The translations under genes and the position numbers were made by a program. Below are positions 41,980-52,153 of a DNA stretch of 64,000 bases, one piece after another. The notes under the pieces are model-generated. The model did no database searches. It was not told the DNA's origin and saw only the letters and a list, made by a program, of their open reading frames with translations. Every line of letters starts with the position of its first letter. Positions within the stretch are counted from its first letter, which is position 1. Source of the DNA: Candidatus Aminicenantes bacterium (GTDB lineage: Bacteria > Acidobacteriota > Aminicenantia > Aminicenantales > Saccharicenantaceae); contig CAVRDU010000005.1 of the NCBI GenBank assembly GCA_963719985.1, positions 1,619,619 to 1,683,618 of the forward strand, read 5' to 3'.

Positions 41980-43047
41980 ATGCGCGCGAAGCGACGTCAT
42001 TCCATCCTCATTCTGTTCCTCCTCGTCGGCATGGTCGTGCCGCGGTCCGCGAGCCCCTGCTCGTCTTTGGCTTTTCTGAACAGAGGCTATCTCGTCTTCG
42101 GCACGAACTATGACAACAACTTCGCGCCGGGGCTGCTGTTCATCAACAAGCGGGGTGTCCGCAAGTCCGGATGGGAGGCCGGGACGACGGGGAAGACGGC
42201 GTCTTGGGTCTCCCGCTACGGCAGCGTCACTATTTCCTGCGTCGGCTACCAGCTCGCCTGGGGCGGGATGAACGAGAAAGGGCTCGTTTTCAGCACCATG
42301 GCCTTGGGCGAGACCCGGCCCCCCACTCCAGACGAGCGGCCGCCCCTGGCCGGCGTGATCTGGTGGCAATACATGCTCGACACCTGCGCCACGATCGACG
42401 AGGTGATGGAGGCGTCGAAAGGCGTCCGCATCAACGACACCGAGGACCACTACCTCGCCTGTGACCGGACGGGCGCCGTCGCGGTCATCGAATGCCTGGA
42501 CGGGCGGTTGGTCTTCCGGACCGGAAAGGACGTTCCCGTCCCTGCCCTGGCCAATGCTCCCTACCAGGAGTGCCTCGACCACCGGCTGAAGAAGGCCCCC
42601 GCGCCGCCCAATCCCTATGATTCCCTCAACAGGTTCTCCCGGCTGGCCGGCGGGCTGGACGAGTTCAAGGAAGGGAGCCCGGAGAAGGCGGTCGATCATG
42701 CCTTCAAGCTGTTGGCTGGCGTGGCCTCTTCGAGCACGCGCTGGACCTTCGTCTGCGATACCGGCGCCCGAGTCTTTTATTTAAGGTCTTACCAGAATCC
42801 CAATGTCCGGTGGATCGACCTCAAGAAGATCGATTTCTCCTGCGGCCGGCCGACGGCCATGCTCGACGCCCACGCCGATCTCGAGGGCGACATCACCGGC
42901 GCTTTCCACGACTACTCCCACGACGAGGTCGCGACGCACATGGCCAAGTCCCTGGCCTACTTCCGCCCTGATATCGCGCCGGAGTTCGTCCGCCAGGTCC
43001 TTGCCCACCTCGAGAGCTTCGCCTGCGAGCCGGCGGTCAAGAAGTAG
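41980..43047 (+). CDS. Linear amide C-N hydrolase (choloylglycine hydrolase / penicillin V acylase family)
   Basis: Signal peptide then N-terminal Cys (CSSLAF), GTNYD, GGMNEKGLV, HYL..D.TG...VIE. Confidence 0.88.
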   Translation: MRAKRRHSILILFLLVGMVVPRSASPCSSLAFLNRGYLVFGTNYDNNFAPGLLFINKRGVRKSGWEAGTTGKTASWVSRYGSVTISCVGYQLAWGGMNEKGLVFSTMALGETRPPTPDERPPLAGVIWWQYMLDTCATIDEVMEASKGVRINDTEDHYLACDRTGAVAVIECLDGRLVFRTGKDVPVPALANAPYQECLDHRLKKAPAPPNPYDSLNRFSRLAGGLDEFKEGSPEKAVDHAFKLLAGVASSSTRWTFVCDTGARVFYLRSYQNPNVRWIDLKKIDFSCGRPTAMLDAHADLEGDITGAFHDYSHDEVATHMAKSLAYFRPDIAPEFVRQVLAHLESFACEPAVKK

Positions 43048-43048
43048 G

Positions 43049-43834
43049 CTACTCGTAGCGCAGGGCGCCGGCCGGGTTGGCCCGGGCCGAACGAACGGAG
43101 TGGAAGCCGACGGTCAGAAGAGCGACCAGGAAGGCCGTCCCCCCGGCGATGAGAAAGGGCCCCGGGCCGATGGCGATCCTGTAGGGATACGCCTCGAGCC
43201 ACTTGGATACGACGAGATAAGCGGCCGGCCACGCTACAATGTTAGCCGCCAGGACCCACCGCGAGAATTCCCTCGACAGGAGCCAGGCGATCGTCGGGGC
43301 GGTGGCGCCCAGCACCTTGCGGATGCCGATCTCCTTGGTCCGTCTCTCCGCCGTGTAGGACGCGAGGCCGAAGAGGCCCAGGCAGGAGACGACGACGGCC
43401 AGCAGGGAGAACGATCGGATGATGGCCCCGATCCGCTCCTCCGACCTGTAGAGGTCGTCCAGGGCTTGGTCGAGGAAGTTGAGGCGGAACGGGAAGCCGG
43501 GCGCGAACGACTTCCAGATCCCCTCGATGGCCGCGATCGTCCGGGGGACGTCGCCGGGTCTGAGGCGGGCCAGCAGCACGTCGCAGTCCGGCGGGTAGTA
43601 GATGAGGATGAGCGGCTCGACCCTCTGGCGGAGCGGCGTGAAATGATAATCCTTCACCAGTCCGACGATCGTGCCCTTGAACCGGGCGCTCCGGTCGCTC
43701 AGCCACTGCCCGACCGGCTCCTCGAGCCCCATGATCCGGGCCGCCTCCTCGTTGACGACGAAGAGCGGGTTCGCCTCGGAGACGGCCTGGCCGTCGAACG
43801 TGCGGCCCTGGAGCATCTCGAGGCCGAGGACGTC
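43049..43834 (-). pseudogene. 5'-truncated FtsX/MacB-type ABC permease (C-terminal part only)
   Basis: GRTF, VVNE, G.VKDYHF..LR, SCLGLFGL...RRTKEIGIRKVLGA, ANP..LRYE; no N-terminal half or start, and the sequence breaks into the repeat cluster. Confidence 0.82.
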
Positions 43835-43873
43835 GAACCGGGACAGGCGACCTTTGCGGCGCTTGCCACATCT

Positions 43874-43987
43874 GTAGGGGCATAAGATCATTTTATCCTA
43901 AACCGGGCCCGTCCAAATGGGGGACATGATACCCGTTTCCCATTTTTTCGGGAAAATCGGGGGGGATCGGGGACACAATACCCATTC
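43874..43987. repeat. Cluster of GGGG-tagged short repeats at the permease breakpoint
   Basis: GTAGGGGCATAAGATCATTTTATCC, GGGGGACATGATACCCGTTTCC and ATCGGGGACACAATACCCATTC in an AT-richer patch. Confidence 0.65.
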
Positions 43988-44055
43988 ACCTATTTCCATG
44001 GTCGCAGCGAAGGGTTTCCCAAGGGATCTTGCGATCCGGATCCGTCCGTCCGGGC

Positions 44056-45438
44056 TCAGCCGGACGGGCCGCGGCGGTTGAGGATAAGGACGGCGACGCC
44101 CGCAGCATAGCCCGCGGTCAGGGCCGGGCCGACGGTGACGGCGCCCGCCATCTTGAGCCCCAGGACCATAAGGGCGAAGACCGCGCTCGTCACCGCCAGC
44201 TGGACGGCGACGGCGACGCCGATGGGGGGTGTGCGGTGGGCCTTGACCAGGACGGCCCTCTCGTAGGACAGTACGGATTCGGTGAAAGGCAGGAGCACGA
44301 GCAGCGCGCCCGGCAACAGGGAGAAGGCGGCGAGGTCCGGCGAGAGGCCGGAGACGGTCCCATACCAGACCGTGGCCAGCGGCGTGAATACGACCGCCGC
44401 CAGGCCCAGCGCGGAGAGGACGCCGACCCGCCGGCTGAACCGGCGAAGGACGGGCCGGTTCTCGAGGTTGTCGCCGACGAGGGCGATGACGACCTCCTGC
44501 ATGGCGATCCCGGCCGTGCGGAAGACGAAGGCCAGCCCGACGACGACCGGAAGGACGGCCAGCGATTCGAGCGGGGCCCGGCCGCGGGCCAGGAAGAACG
44601 TCGTCAGCGGATTGATGAAGAAGGACAGGAACGAGGTCAGGGCGAGCGGGGCGTAGAAGCGGACGACCTTGGCCCGGGTCAGCCCGAGGCCGAACCCGCA
44701 CGCCTCGTTCGGCATCCCGCGCAGGCGGCGCAGGGTCGGGCGGGCCATGACCCAGCTGGCCGCGGCCTCGGCCAGGACGCCGGCGCCGAGCGCGCCGGCG
44801 CCGACGCTCGCGCCGGGCAGTCGGAAGCCGAGGGCGAGAAGCAGCCCGGTCGCGGCCATCGCCGCGAAGCGGATGATCGTCCCGTAGGTGACGGCCTTGG
44901 GACGGCCGTCGCGGATGAGGATGCCCTGGTAGAAACGCCGGAAGCCGATGGCCCCCGGCCAGAGGACGAGGAAGATCATCGACCCGCCGGCGAGACCGGC
45001 GACGTCGGGCGGGAGGCCCATCGCCCCCTGGGCGACGGCCTTGAAGACGGGCGGGACGATGAGCAGGGCCATGACCGCGGTGACGCCCGCGTTGAGGGCG
45101 TTGGAGAAGCGCAGGAGCTTGCGGTAGGCGACGCCGTCGCGGACGAGGGCGTTCGAGGCCGAGAGCATCATGATGATGGGCGACTCGACGATCCAGGCCA
45201 GCGCCGAGGCGACGGCGAAGGCGGCCAGGTTCTCCTTCGGGCCGGGCAGGCGGGCGATGACCGCGGCCAGGAACGGGCCCTCGGCGGCCATCATCAGCCA
45301 GGTGGCCTCGAGCGGCAGCCAGAACCGGGCGATGCGGCCGGCGGCCAGGGGCTGCGGCGGGGGCGGCGCCGGGGCGGACGGCGGAGAAGGGGGGACGGGC
45401 GGCGGCAAGGGTGGAGCGAGCGATCCGTGTTCGGGCAT
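44056..45438 (-). CDS. MATE/ANKH-like multi-pass membrane protein
   Basis: About 12 TM helices; FWLPLEATWLMMAAEGP, RRFYQG.LI motifs. Confidence 0.75.
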   Translation of the reverse strand: MPEHGSLAPPLPPPVPPSPPSAPAPPPPQPLAAGRIARFWLPLEATWLMMAAEGPFLAAVIARLPGPKENLAAFAVASALAWIVESPIIMMLSASNALVRDGVAYRKLLRFSNALNAGVTAVMALLIVPPVFKAVAQGAMGLPPDVAGLAGGSMIFLVLWPGAIGFRRFYQGILIRDGRPKAVTYGTIIRFAAMAATGLLLALGFRLPGASVGAGALGAGVLAEAAASWVMARPTLRRLRGMPNEACGFGLGLTRAKVVRFYAPLALTSFLSFFINPLTTFFLARGRAPLESLAVLPVVVGLAFVFRTAGIAMQEVVIALVGDNLENRPVLRRFSRRVGVLSALGLAAVVFTPLATVWYGTVSGLSPDLAAFSLLPGALLVLLPFTESVLSYERAVLVKAHRTPPIGVAVAVQLAVTSAVFALMVLGLKMAGAVTVGPALTAGYAAGVAVLILNRRGPSG

Positions 45439-45486
45439 GTCTGGCGCCGTAGAATAGCACTTCCCGCTCCGCCGGGCAAACCGATG

Positions 45487-45555
45487 GGGGACAGATACTT
45501 GTACGTGTCCCCTTTCTTTTCCGACGGCCGGGGACAGTTTCTAGTAACTGTCCCC
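45487..45555. repeat. Two tandem GGGGACA...TGTCCCC hairpins
   Basis: GGGGACA-N12-TGTCCCC (45487-45512) and GGGGACAGTT-N6-AACTGTCCCC (45530-45555). Confidence 0.8.
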
Positions 45556-45619
45556 ATTCTTGTTTCCGTTGAATCGGCGATTTGTCCTGTGCTATACAAG
45601 TCGGAGCACAGGGTTCTCC

Positions 45620-46636
45620 ATGAGCAAGCCGATCCCGCCCGAAGGCATCGTTCCCGTCGCGCCCGAGGAGCGGCTGGCGGCGTTCGCCGGGCGCTATCGC
45701 GGCGCGACAAGCGCCGGCGCCCGCGAGCGGTTAGCCGCCCGCGCCGCGGCGCTCGGTCTCCGTTTCGACGCCGACGAGGTCGCGGTCCTCGCGGCGCTCG
45801 ACACGCCGGCCAAGGTCCAAGCGTTCCTCGACACGGAGCTCTATTACAACGACGACCACGCCTCGGTCGACCAGGAGGAGACGACGACCCCGCCGCGCCT
45901 CGTCCTGCGGACCGGCATGGCCCACTGCTTCGAGGGGGCGATGTTCGCCTACGCGGTGAACCATCTGCACGGCCACGAGCCGCGCCTGGTCATGCTCGAG
46001 GCCAGCCAGGACGCCGACCACAACCTCGTCGTCTGCCGCGACCGGGCCACGGGTCTTTTCGGCTCCAACGCCCAGTCGCGCTACCCCGGCCTCGTCGGGC
46101 GGCCGGCGGAATATCCGACTATAAGAGCGCTCGCGGAAAGCTACGTGCCCTTCTACTACAGCGACCGGACGCTCGATCCGGCGGACCTGACGCTCGTCGG
46201 CCACTCGGAGCCGGTCGATCTCGTGGCCAAGTTCGGCCCGGGCTGGATCGCCTCCCGGGAGCCGCTCTGGGACATCTACTACACGTACATCGACGACGCC
46301 GTGGAGTTCCGTTATTTCTTCGACGACCCGGGGCGTCCCCATCACTACCCGGCCGTCCGGGCGCTCAAGGAAGGGTGGATCCGGCTCGACGCGGAGGGGG
46401 AGCCTTTCGTCAGCCTGGACGACCTTCCGGCCGGGGCCCGCGAGGCGCGTGAGGCGTTCTGGAAGGCCTACGACCCTGACCGCGACGGGCCGCGTCCGCG
46501 CGGCCGGGCCCGCGAGCTCGAGCTGGCCTTCTTCCGCCTCACCGGCACGACCCCGATCGACCTCGACGACAACGCCTTCGACCTCCAGTTCTTCCTCGAG
46601 GCCGGCTACCGCCTCGACCAGCTCGCCAAACGCTGA
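45620..46636 (+). CDS. Hypothetical protein, possible transglutaminase/papain-like fold
   Basis: LDTPAKVQAFLD..YN, AHCFEGAMFA, DADHNL motifs suggest a Cys-His pair. Confidence 0.6.
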   Translation: MSKPIPPEGIVPVAPEERLAAFAGRYRGATSAGARERLAARAAALGLRFDADEVAVLAALDTPAKVQAFLDTELYYNDDHASVDQEETTTPPRLVLRTGMAHCFEGAMFAYAVNHLHGHEPRLVMLEASQDADHNLVVCRDRATGLFGSNAQSRYPGLVGRPAEYPTIRALAESYVPFYYSDRTLDPADLTLVGHSEPVDLVAKFGPGWIASREPLWDIYYTYIDDAVEFRYFFDDPGRPHHYPAVRALKEGWIRLDAEGEPFVSLDDLPAGAREAREAFWKAYDPDRDGPRPRGRARELELAFFRLTGTTPIDLDDNAFDLQFFLEAGYRLDQLAKR

Positions 46637-46658
46637 ACAAAGCCAGAAACCTCCGCCG

Positions 46659-49600
46659 TTATTTCTTCTTCTGGTAATCCGGATAGGCCGGCTTCTTGTG
46701 CTTCGGCGGCGGGTTCTTCTTGAGCAGCTCCAGGGCCACTTCGACCGCCTTCTCGAGCTGCGGGTCGCGCCCGGTCTTGACCGCGGCCGGGTCCATCTCG
46801 ACCTCGTAGTCCGCGTCGACGCCGTGGTTCTCGACGTCCCAGGTCCCGTCGGGGTTCCAGAAACCGCTCTGCGGCGCCCCCGTGAACCCGCCGTCCATGA
46901 GCGGCGCCGCTCCGGCCATGCCGACGAGGCCGCCCCAGGTCCTTTTCCCGACGAGCGGCCCGATCCCGGCCGCGCGGAACAGCCACGGCATCATGTCGCC
47001 GCCCGATCCCGCGTACTCGTTGATGACCATGACCTTGGGCCCGTAGATGGAGCCCACCGGGGTGATGTAGTCGGCCCCCTCGCGCGCGGCGAAGTAGCCC
47101 ATGAGCGGCCGGCGCATGTAGTCGATGATGTAGTCGGCGATGAGCCCGCCCTGGTTGAAGCGCTCGTCGACGACCGCCCCTTCCTTGCCGACCTGGGCGA
47201 AGTAATAGCGGTTGAAGTTCGTGAAGCCGCCCTGGGCCGTGTCCGGCAGCCAGACGTAGGCCAGCTTCCCGCCGCTCAGCTTGTCGACCTTGCGGCGGTT
47301 GTCCTCGACCCAGGCCAGGTTGCGGAGCCCCGATTCGTTCGCGACCGGGACCACGGTGACCTCGCGCGCGCCCTTGCCGTCGGGCGTCGGGCCGACCTTG
47401 ATCACGGTCTGCTTGCCGGCCGTCGCCTCGAATGGCGCGTAGACCTCCTCTGACGCCGCGAGGTCGCGGCCGCCCACGGCCAGCAGGTACTCGCCGGCCT
47501 TGACGTTGACGCCGGGCTGGGTCAGTGGCGCCCGCAGCCGCGGGTTCCAGTTCTCGCCGTCGAAGACGCGGGCGAACCGGTAGCGGCCGTTCTCGATGGC
47601 GTAATCCGCGCCGAGCAGGCCGACGCCGACGCGCGTGACAGCGGGCTGGTCGCCGCCGCCGACGAAGACGTGGCCGCAGGTGAGCTCGCCGAGCGCCTCC
47701 TCGAAGACGTAGTTGAGGTCCTGCCGGCTGGCCACCGCCTCGACGTAGGGCGCGTACCTCTCGACCATGGCCTCCGGGTCGAGGCCGTGGAGCCCGGCGT
47801 CGTAGAAGAAGTCGCGCTCGAGCCGCCAGGCCTCGCGGTACATCTGCCGCCACTCGACGAGCGGCTCGACGTAGACTTCCATGTCCGCGGTCTTGAGGGC
47901 GCCCTTGCCGGGCTCGACCGGCCCCGACGTCCCGGCGATCGTCCACTGCGGGCCCTGGTTGAAGAGGATCTTCTCGCCCGTCGCGGAGAGATAGAAGCCG
48001 TTGACCTTGTCCAGGAACTTGTCGATCTTGCGCGTCGACAGGTCGAACTTGTGGAGCGTGTTCGACTCTCCGCCTCCGAGCATGGCCGTCACGAACTGGG
48101 GCGATTCGAGCAGGAACACGACGCCGTCCTTGCCCGCGGCCAGGGCGACGTAGTTCTTCGCCGGCACGGGCAGGGCCAGGATGCGCTGGCCGATGCCGTC
48201 GAGGTCGATCGCGACCTTCTCGGGCTCTTGGGCCGCCTCCGCCGCTTCGCCGGCCTTGGCCTTGTCCTTGGCTTCGGTCCCGGCCTTCTTGGCGTCCGCC
48301 TTTTTCTCGTCCTTCTTCTCCTCCTCCTCCTTGGGCTTCTCCTCGTCGCTCTCCGGCGCGAGCGGCGAAGGCAGGTCCTTGCGCAGCACGGCGACGTAGA
48401 CGCTCCGGGTCACGGGCCGGTCCATGCTCGACATGTTCAGCCAGCCGGGCGTTAATCCGACGTCCGTGCTGGCGGTGAAGAAGACGTACTTGCCGCTCCG
48501 GTCGAAGGCCGGGTACTTGGCGTCGCTCATGCCGTCGGTGATCTGCGATGTCTTCCCCGTCTCGAGCGAGTAGACCGCGACGACGTTCATGTGGTTCGGG
48601 ATCTGCTTGGTGTAGACGAGCCAGCGGCTGTCGGGCGACCAGCCGAAGTCGAAGGTGAAGGTCGGATTGTAGTAGTGGGTCGTGTCGACCTTGACCGGCG
48701 CGCCTTTCTCGACGTCGACGTACCACAGGGCCAGGCGCTTGTCGTTGTAGGCGATTTTCTTGCCGTCGGGCGACCAGACGGGTCGGTAGAAGAAGGACGG
48801 CGGCTGGCCGAGCCCGATCTTCTTCACCGGGCCCTGGCCGGACTGGTCGCGGATGTGCAGGGCGTACTCGCCCGACTCCTCCGAGAAGTAGGCGACGGAT
48901 TTGCCGTCGGGAGACCACGACGGGTCGCGCTCCATGACGCCCGTCGTCTTGGTCAGGTTGCGGATGTCGCCTTTCTCGGCCGGCACGGTCAGGATCTCGC
49001 CGCGGGCCTCGAACACGGCCCGGGCCCCGTTCGGCGAGACCGCGGCCGCCGCGAGGCGCGAGCCGACCTTGACGTAGCGCGGCCGGACCTCGGCCAGGTC
49101 GCCCTCGAGCGCGACCGGCACGGGCCGGGCCTTCCCGGTCGCGGTATCGAAGAGGTGGAGGGCGCCGAACTGCTCGACGACGATCCCTCCCGGCCCGGCC
49201 GAGGCCGACTTGAAGTCGAACCCGTCGTTGGCCAGGGCCCGGCCGACCTTCTTCGTGGCCAGGTCGTAGACGAAGAGCGCCACCGGGCCCTCGCGGTCGG
49301 AGAGGAAATAGACCTTGTCGCCGATCCAGACGGGATTGGAGTCGTTGGAGTTCTCGCGGGGGACCTCCTCGACCTTGAGGTCGGCGAGCGAGACGATCCA
49401 GACGGGCGTCGTCTGGCCGCCCCGGTAGCGCTTCCAGGCGATCTGCCACTGCATGGTCGGGACGTAGGCCAGGCGCTTCCCGTCGGCGGAGTAGGAGCCG
49501 GAGACCGCGGTCGGCAGCGGCAGCTCCTCGGGGAACCCGCCCTCGAGGCCGACCGTGTAGAGCATGGGGACGCCGTTGGCGTTCGTCCGGTCCGAGCTGA

Positions 49601-50000
49601 ACAGGACGCGCTTGCCGTCGGGCGTCCAGCCGGCAACGGTGTCGACGGAGGGATGGTGGGTCAGGCGGCGGGGGACGCCGCCCCCGGCCGGGACGACGAA
49701 GACGTCGGTGTTGCCGTCGTACTGACCGGAGAAGGCGACGAGGGCGCCGTCGGGCGAGAAGCGGGGCGAGCTCTCGACGCCGGGGTGGGTGGTCAGGCGC
49801 GAGGCCGGCCCGCCTTCGCGCGGCACGAGCCAGAGGTCGCCGGCGCAGGCGAAGACGATGTGCGTCCGGCTGAGCGAGGGCTGCTGGGCCAGGACGGGCT
49901 TCGCGCCGGGCGCGGGCGAAGCCGCGGCGTGGGCGGAAGCGGCGACGACGGCGAAGGCCGTCAAGACGATGATCAAGATGGACTTTTTACGATGGGTCAT
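46659..50000 (-). CDS. Tricorn protease (S41B)
   Basis: Signal peptide, PD40 propellers, KRYRGG, PDZ domain, DERFNQGG, AGSGGD, RTWGG, ENHGV. Confidence 0.96.
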   Translation of the reverse strand: MTHRKKSILIIVLTAFAVVAASAHAAASPAPGAKPVLAQQPSLSRTHIVFACAGDLWLVPREGGPASRLTTHPGVESSPRFSPDGALVAFSGQYDGNTDVFVVPAGGGVPRRLTHHPSVDTVAGWTPDGKRVLFSSDRTNANGVPMLYTVGLEGGFPEELPLPTAVSGSYSADGKRLAYVPTMQWQIAWKRYRGGQTTPVWIVSLADLKVEEVPRENSNDSNPVWIGDKVYFLSDREGPVALFVYDLATKKVGRALANDGFDFKSASAGPGGIVVEQFGALHLFDTATGKARPVPVALEGDLAEVRPRYVKVGSRLAAAAVSPNGARAVFEARGEILTVPAEKGDIRNLTKTTGVMERDPSWSPDGKSVAYFSEESGEYALHIRDQSGQGPVKKIGLGQPPSFFYRPVWSPDGKKIAYNDKRLALWYVDVEKGAPVKVDTTHYYNPTFTFDFGWSPDSRWLVYTKQIPNHMNVVAVYSLETGKTSQITDGMSDAKYPAFDRSGKYVFFTASTDVGLTPGWLNMSSMDRPVTRSVYVAVLRKDLPSPLAPESDEEKPKEEEEKKDEKKADAKKAGTEAKDKAKAGEAAEAAQEPEKVAIDLDGIGQRILALPVPAKNYVALAAGKDGVVFLLESPQFVTAMLGGGESNTLHKFDLSTRKIDKFLDKVNGFYLSATGEKILFNQGPQWTIAGTSGPVEPGKGALKTADMEVYVEPLVEWRQMYREAWRLERDFFYDAGLHGLDPEAMVERYAPYVEAVASRQDLNYVFEEALGELTCGHVFVGGGDQPAVTRVGVGLLGADYAIENGRYRFARVFDGENWNPRLRAPLTQPGVNVKAGEYLLAVGGRDLAASEEVYAPFEATAGKQTVIKVGPTPDGKGAREVTVVPVANESGLRNLAWVEDNRRKVDKLSGGKLAYVWLPDTAQGGFTNFNRYYFAQVGKEGAVVDERFNQGGLIADYIIDYMRRPLMGYFAAREGADYITPVGSIYGPKVMVINEYAGSGGDMMPWLFRAAGIGPLVGKRTWGGLVGMAGAAPLMDGGFTGAPQSGFWNPDGTWDVENHGVDADYEVEMDPAAVKTGRDPQLEKAVEVALELLKKNPPPKHKKPAYPDYQKKK

Positions 50001-50147
50001 GGTTCCTCTCCGATCCGGGGGTGCTTCCCCCTGTCGAATATGGCGAACAGGCGGATGGATTCTATCACTCCGGCGTTCGCGGGGGAAGGACCGGGATTTG
50101 CTAAAAAAGGGCGCGGGAGAGATAATACAAAAAAGGGGAATATCAGC

Positions 50148-52116
50148 ATGAGGCGCGTCGCCGTGATGGGATGGGCGGTCTTCCTCTCGGCCGTTCTCTT
50201 GTCCTGGCCACAGCAGCCGCTTCGGCACCAGGTCACCGTGACCCTGAAGCTCGTCCAGGTCTTCGTCGCCGACGCCTCGGGCAAGCCGGCCATGAACTTG
50301 GAGAAGGCCGATTTCATCCTCCGAGACAACGGCGTCCTCCAGACGATCACGGATCTCGAGAAGCACGTCCTGGCCGTCCCGGCCGCGGGCCGGACGGAGG
50401 CGGCGCCGGTCGCGGGCGCGCCCCCGGCCGAGGTCCCGGGCCGCGAGGCCGAGCCGCTCCTGGCCCGCAAGTTCATTTTCCTCATCGACTACCAGAGGAA
50501 CGAGCTCGAGGGGGTCCGAAAGGCGAAGCGGGCCATGCTCGAGCTCCTCGAGACCAGGTCCCGGCCGGGCGATCAGGCCGCCCTCTACACGTTCTCGGTC
50601 GTGGGCGGGCTGAAGCTCCATGTCGGGCTGACCGCGGACCTGGACCAGGTCCGGGCGGCGGTCGAGAAGCTGCGCGACCTCCCTGGGATCGTTCCGTCCT
50701 GGGACGACAGCGCCTTCCCCGACCACGTACCCATGGGCATGGAGCTCATGTCCAGCGAGCTCTTCAGCGGTCTCGCGGGAGGCGGAGCGCCGCTCTTGCG
50801 GAGCCTTTTCGAGGAAGTCGCCATGTGGGCCAAGGCCTTGAGGAGCATTCCCGGTCCGAAGAACATCATCCTTTACTCCAGGGGTTTCGGGCGGGGCCTC
50901 ACGGACCCGAGAAATCGCGGGCATTCGGCCTTCGAGACGATGGCGAGAGAGCTGGCCGCGGCCAACGCCAGGATCTTCGCCGTCAACACGACGACGGGAG
51001 TCGCGGGCAAGGTCGCTCTCGGCGTCCTCCCGGAGGAGTCCCTCGACCATCTCGTCCGGACGACGGGCGGGGAGTATTTCGGCGACGTCGAGTACTCGAC
51101 GAGGATCGCCGCGGACATCCAGGACGCCACGGCCAACTACTATGTCCTGGGATTCTCCGTCCCGGCGCGTCTGGGACGGGAAATACCACAAGATCGAGGT
51201 CGAGGTCCGCCGGCGGGGCTTCGAGGTTCGGGCCCAGAGAGGCTACACCAATCCTCTGCCCTTCGGCCAGCTCTCGGCCCTGGAAAAGCACCTCCGCCTT
51301 CTTGATCTGTTCTCCGGCGGCCCGGCGACGTCCGATCGCGTCCTCGAGTTCTCGCTGGCCTTGGCCCCGTTCGCCGCGGCCGGGGGCGTCAATACGCTCC
51401 TCGTCTCCGAGATCGCCGTCGAGGCGGTCCGCGAGGCCGTCGGCGAACGGACGGAGCTCGTCACCTTGGTCCTGAACGCCGATATGGCCATCGTCGACGG
51501 CCGGAGGCTGGAGGTCGATTGGGGAGGCTTCGCCGCGGGGCGCGTCGTCCAGTACGCCGGTCTCGCCCTCGCGCCCGGCCGCTACGACGGCTGGGCCGTC
51601 ATCCGGAACCTCGACGACGGACGGGCCGCGGTCGGGACCTGCGCGGTCGACGTCCCCGGCCCGGCCGCCGGAGGGCCGATCGTCTTTCCGCCGCTGCTCC
51701 TCGTCCGCGGTCCGGCGGCCAAGTATCTCAACGTCCTGTCCGAGAAGAAGGCCGGAGCCGATGCCTCCTTCTCCCTTTTCCGGGTCTTCCCCTTCCCGGC
51801 CAAGGAGTACGCTCCCTTGGTCGGCGCGCTGGATCGGGGGACGAGGGCGATCGGGGCCGTGCTGCGCTGCGAGTGGCGGGCCGAGCGGGGAGGGGAGATC
51901 GCGATGGCGGCCCGCCTCGTCGCCGAGGACGGAGGAGAGGAGGCCGAGATCGCGGCGGAGATCCTCGGCCGGACGAGCGATGGCGATACGGACATCTATC
52001 TCCTCGGCGTCGAGCTCCCCGATCTCGGGCCCGGCCGCTACCGGCTCGAGATCGAAGCCGAGAGCGCCGCGACGGGCGCGACCGCGCGCGCCTCCGCCGT
52101 ATTCGCCGTGCGATAG
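50148..52116 (+). CDS. VWA-domain protein (acidobacterial type); +1 frameshift at about 51168
   Basis: VTVTLKLVQVFV.D..G, IPGPKNIILYS.G, TGGEYF, YYVLG; continues as WDGKYHKIEVEV in the next frame. Confidence 0.85.
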
Positions 52117-52153
52117 CTTCCGGCGTGAGGGAAGGCGGCGGGCGCGGGGGATA

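Noticed and set aside
45474-45500. GGGCAAACC resembling the start of a c-di-GMP-I riboswitch
   Set aside because: No GAAA tetraloop stem, second GCAAA or P2 stem; the sequence belongs to a promoter and repeat region.
50000-51191. 1510-aa version of tricorn with a 400-aa N-terminal extension
   Set aside because: The extension is the antisense of the VWA gene; the signal peptide and RBS place the start at 50000.
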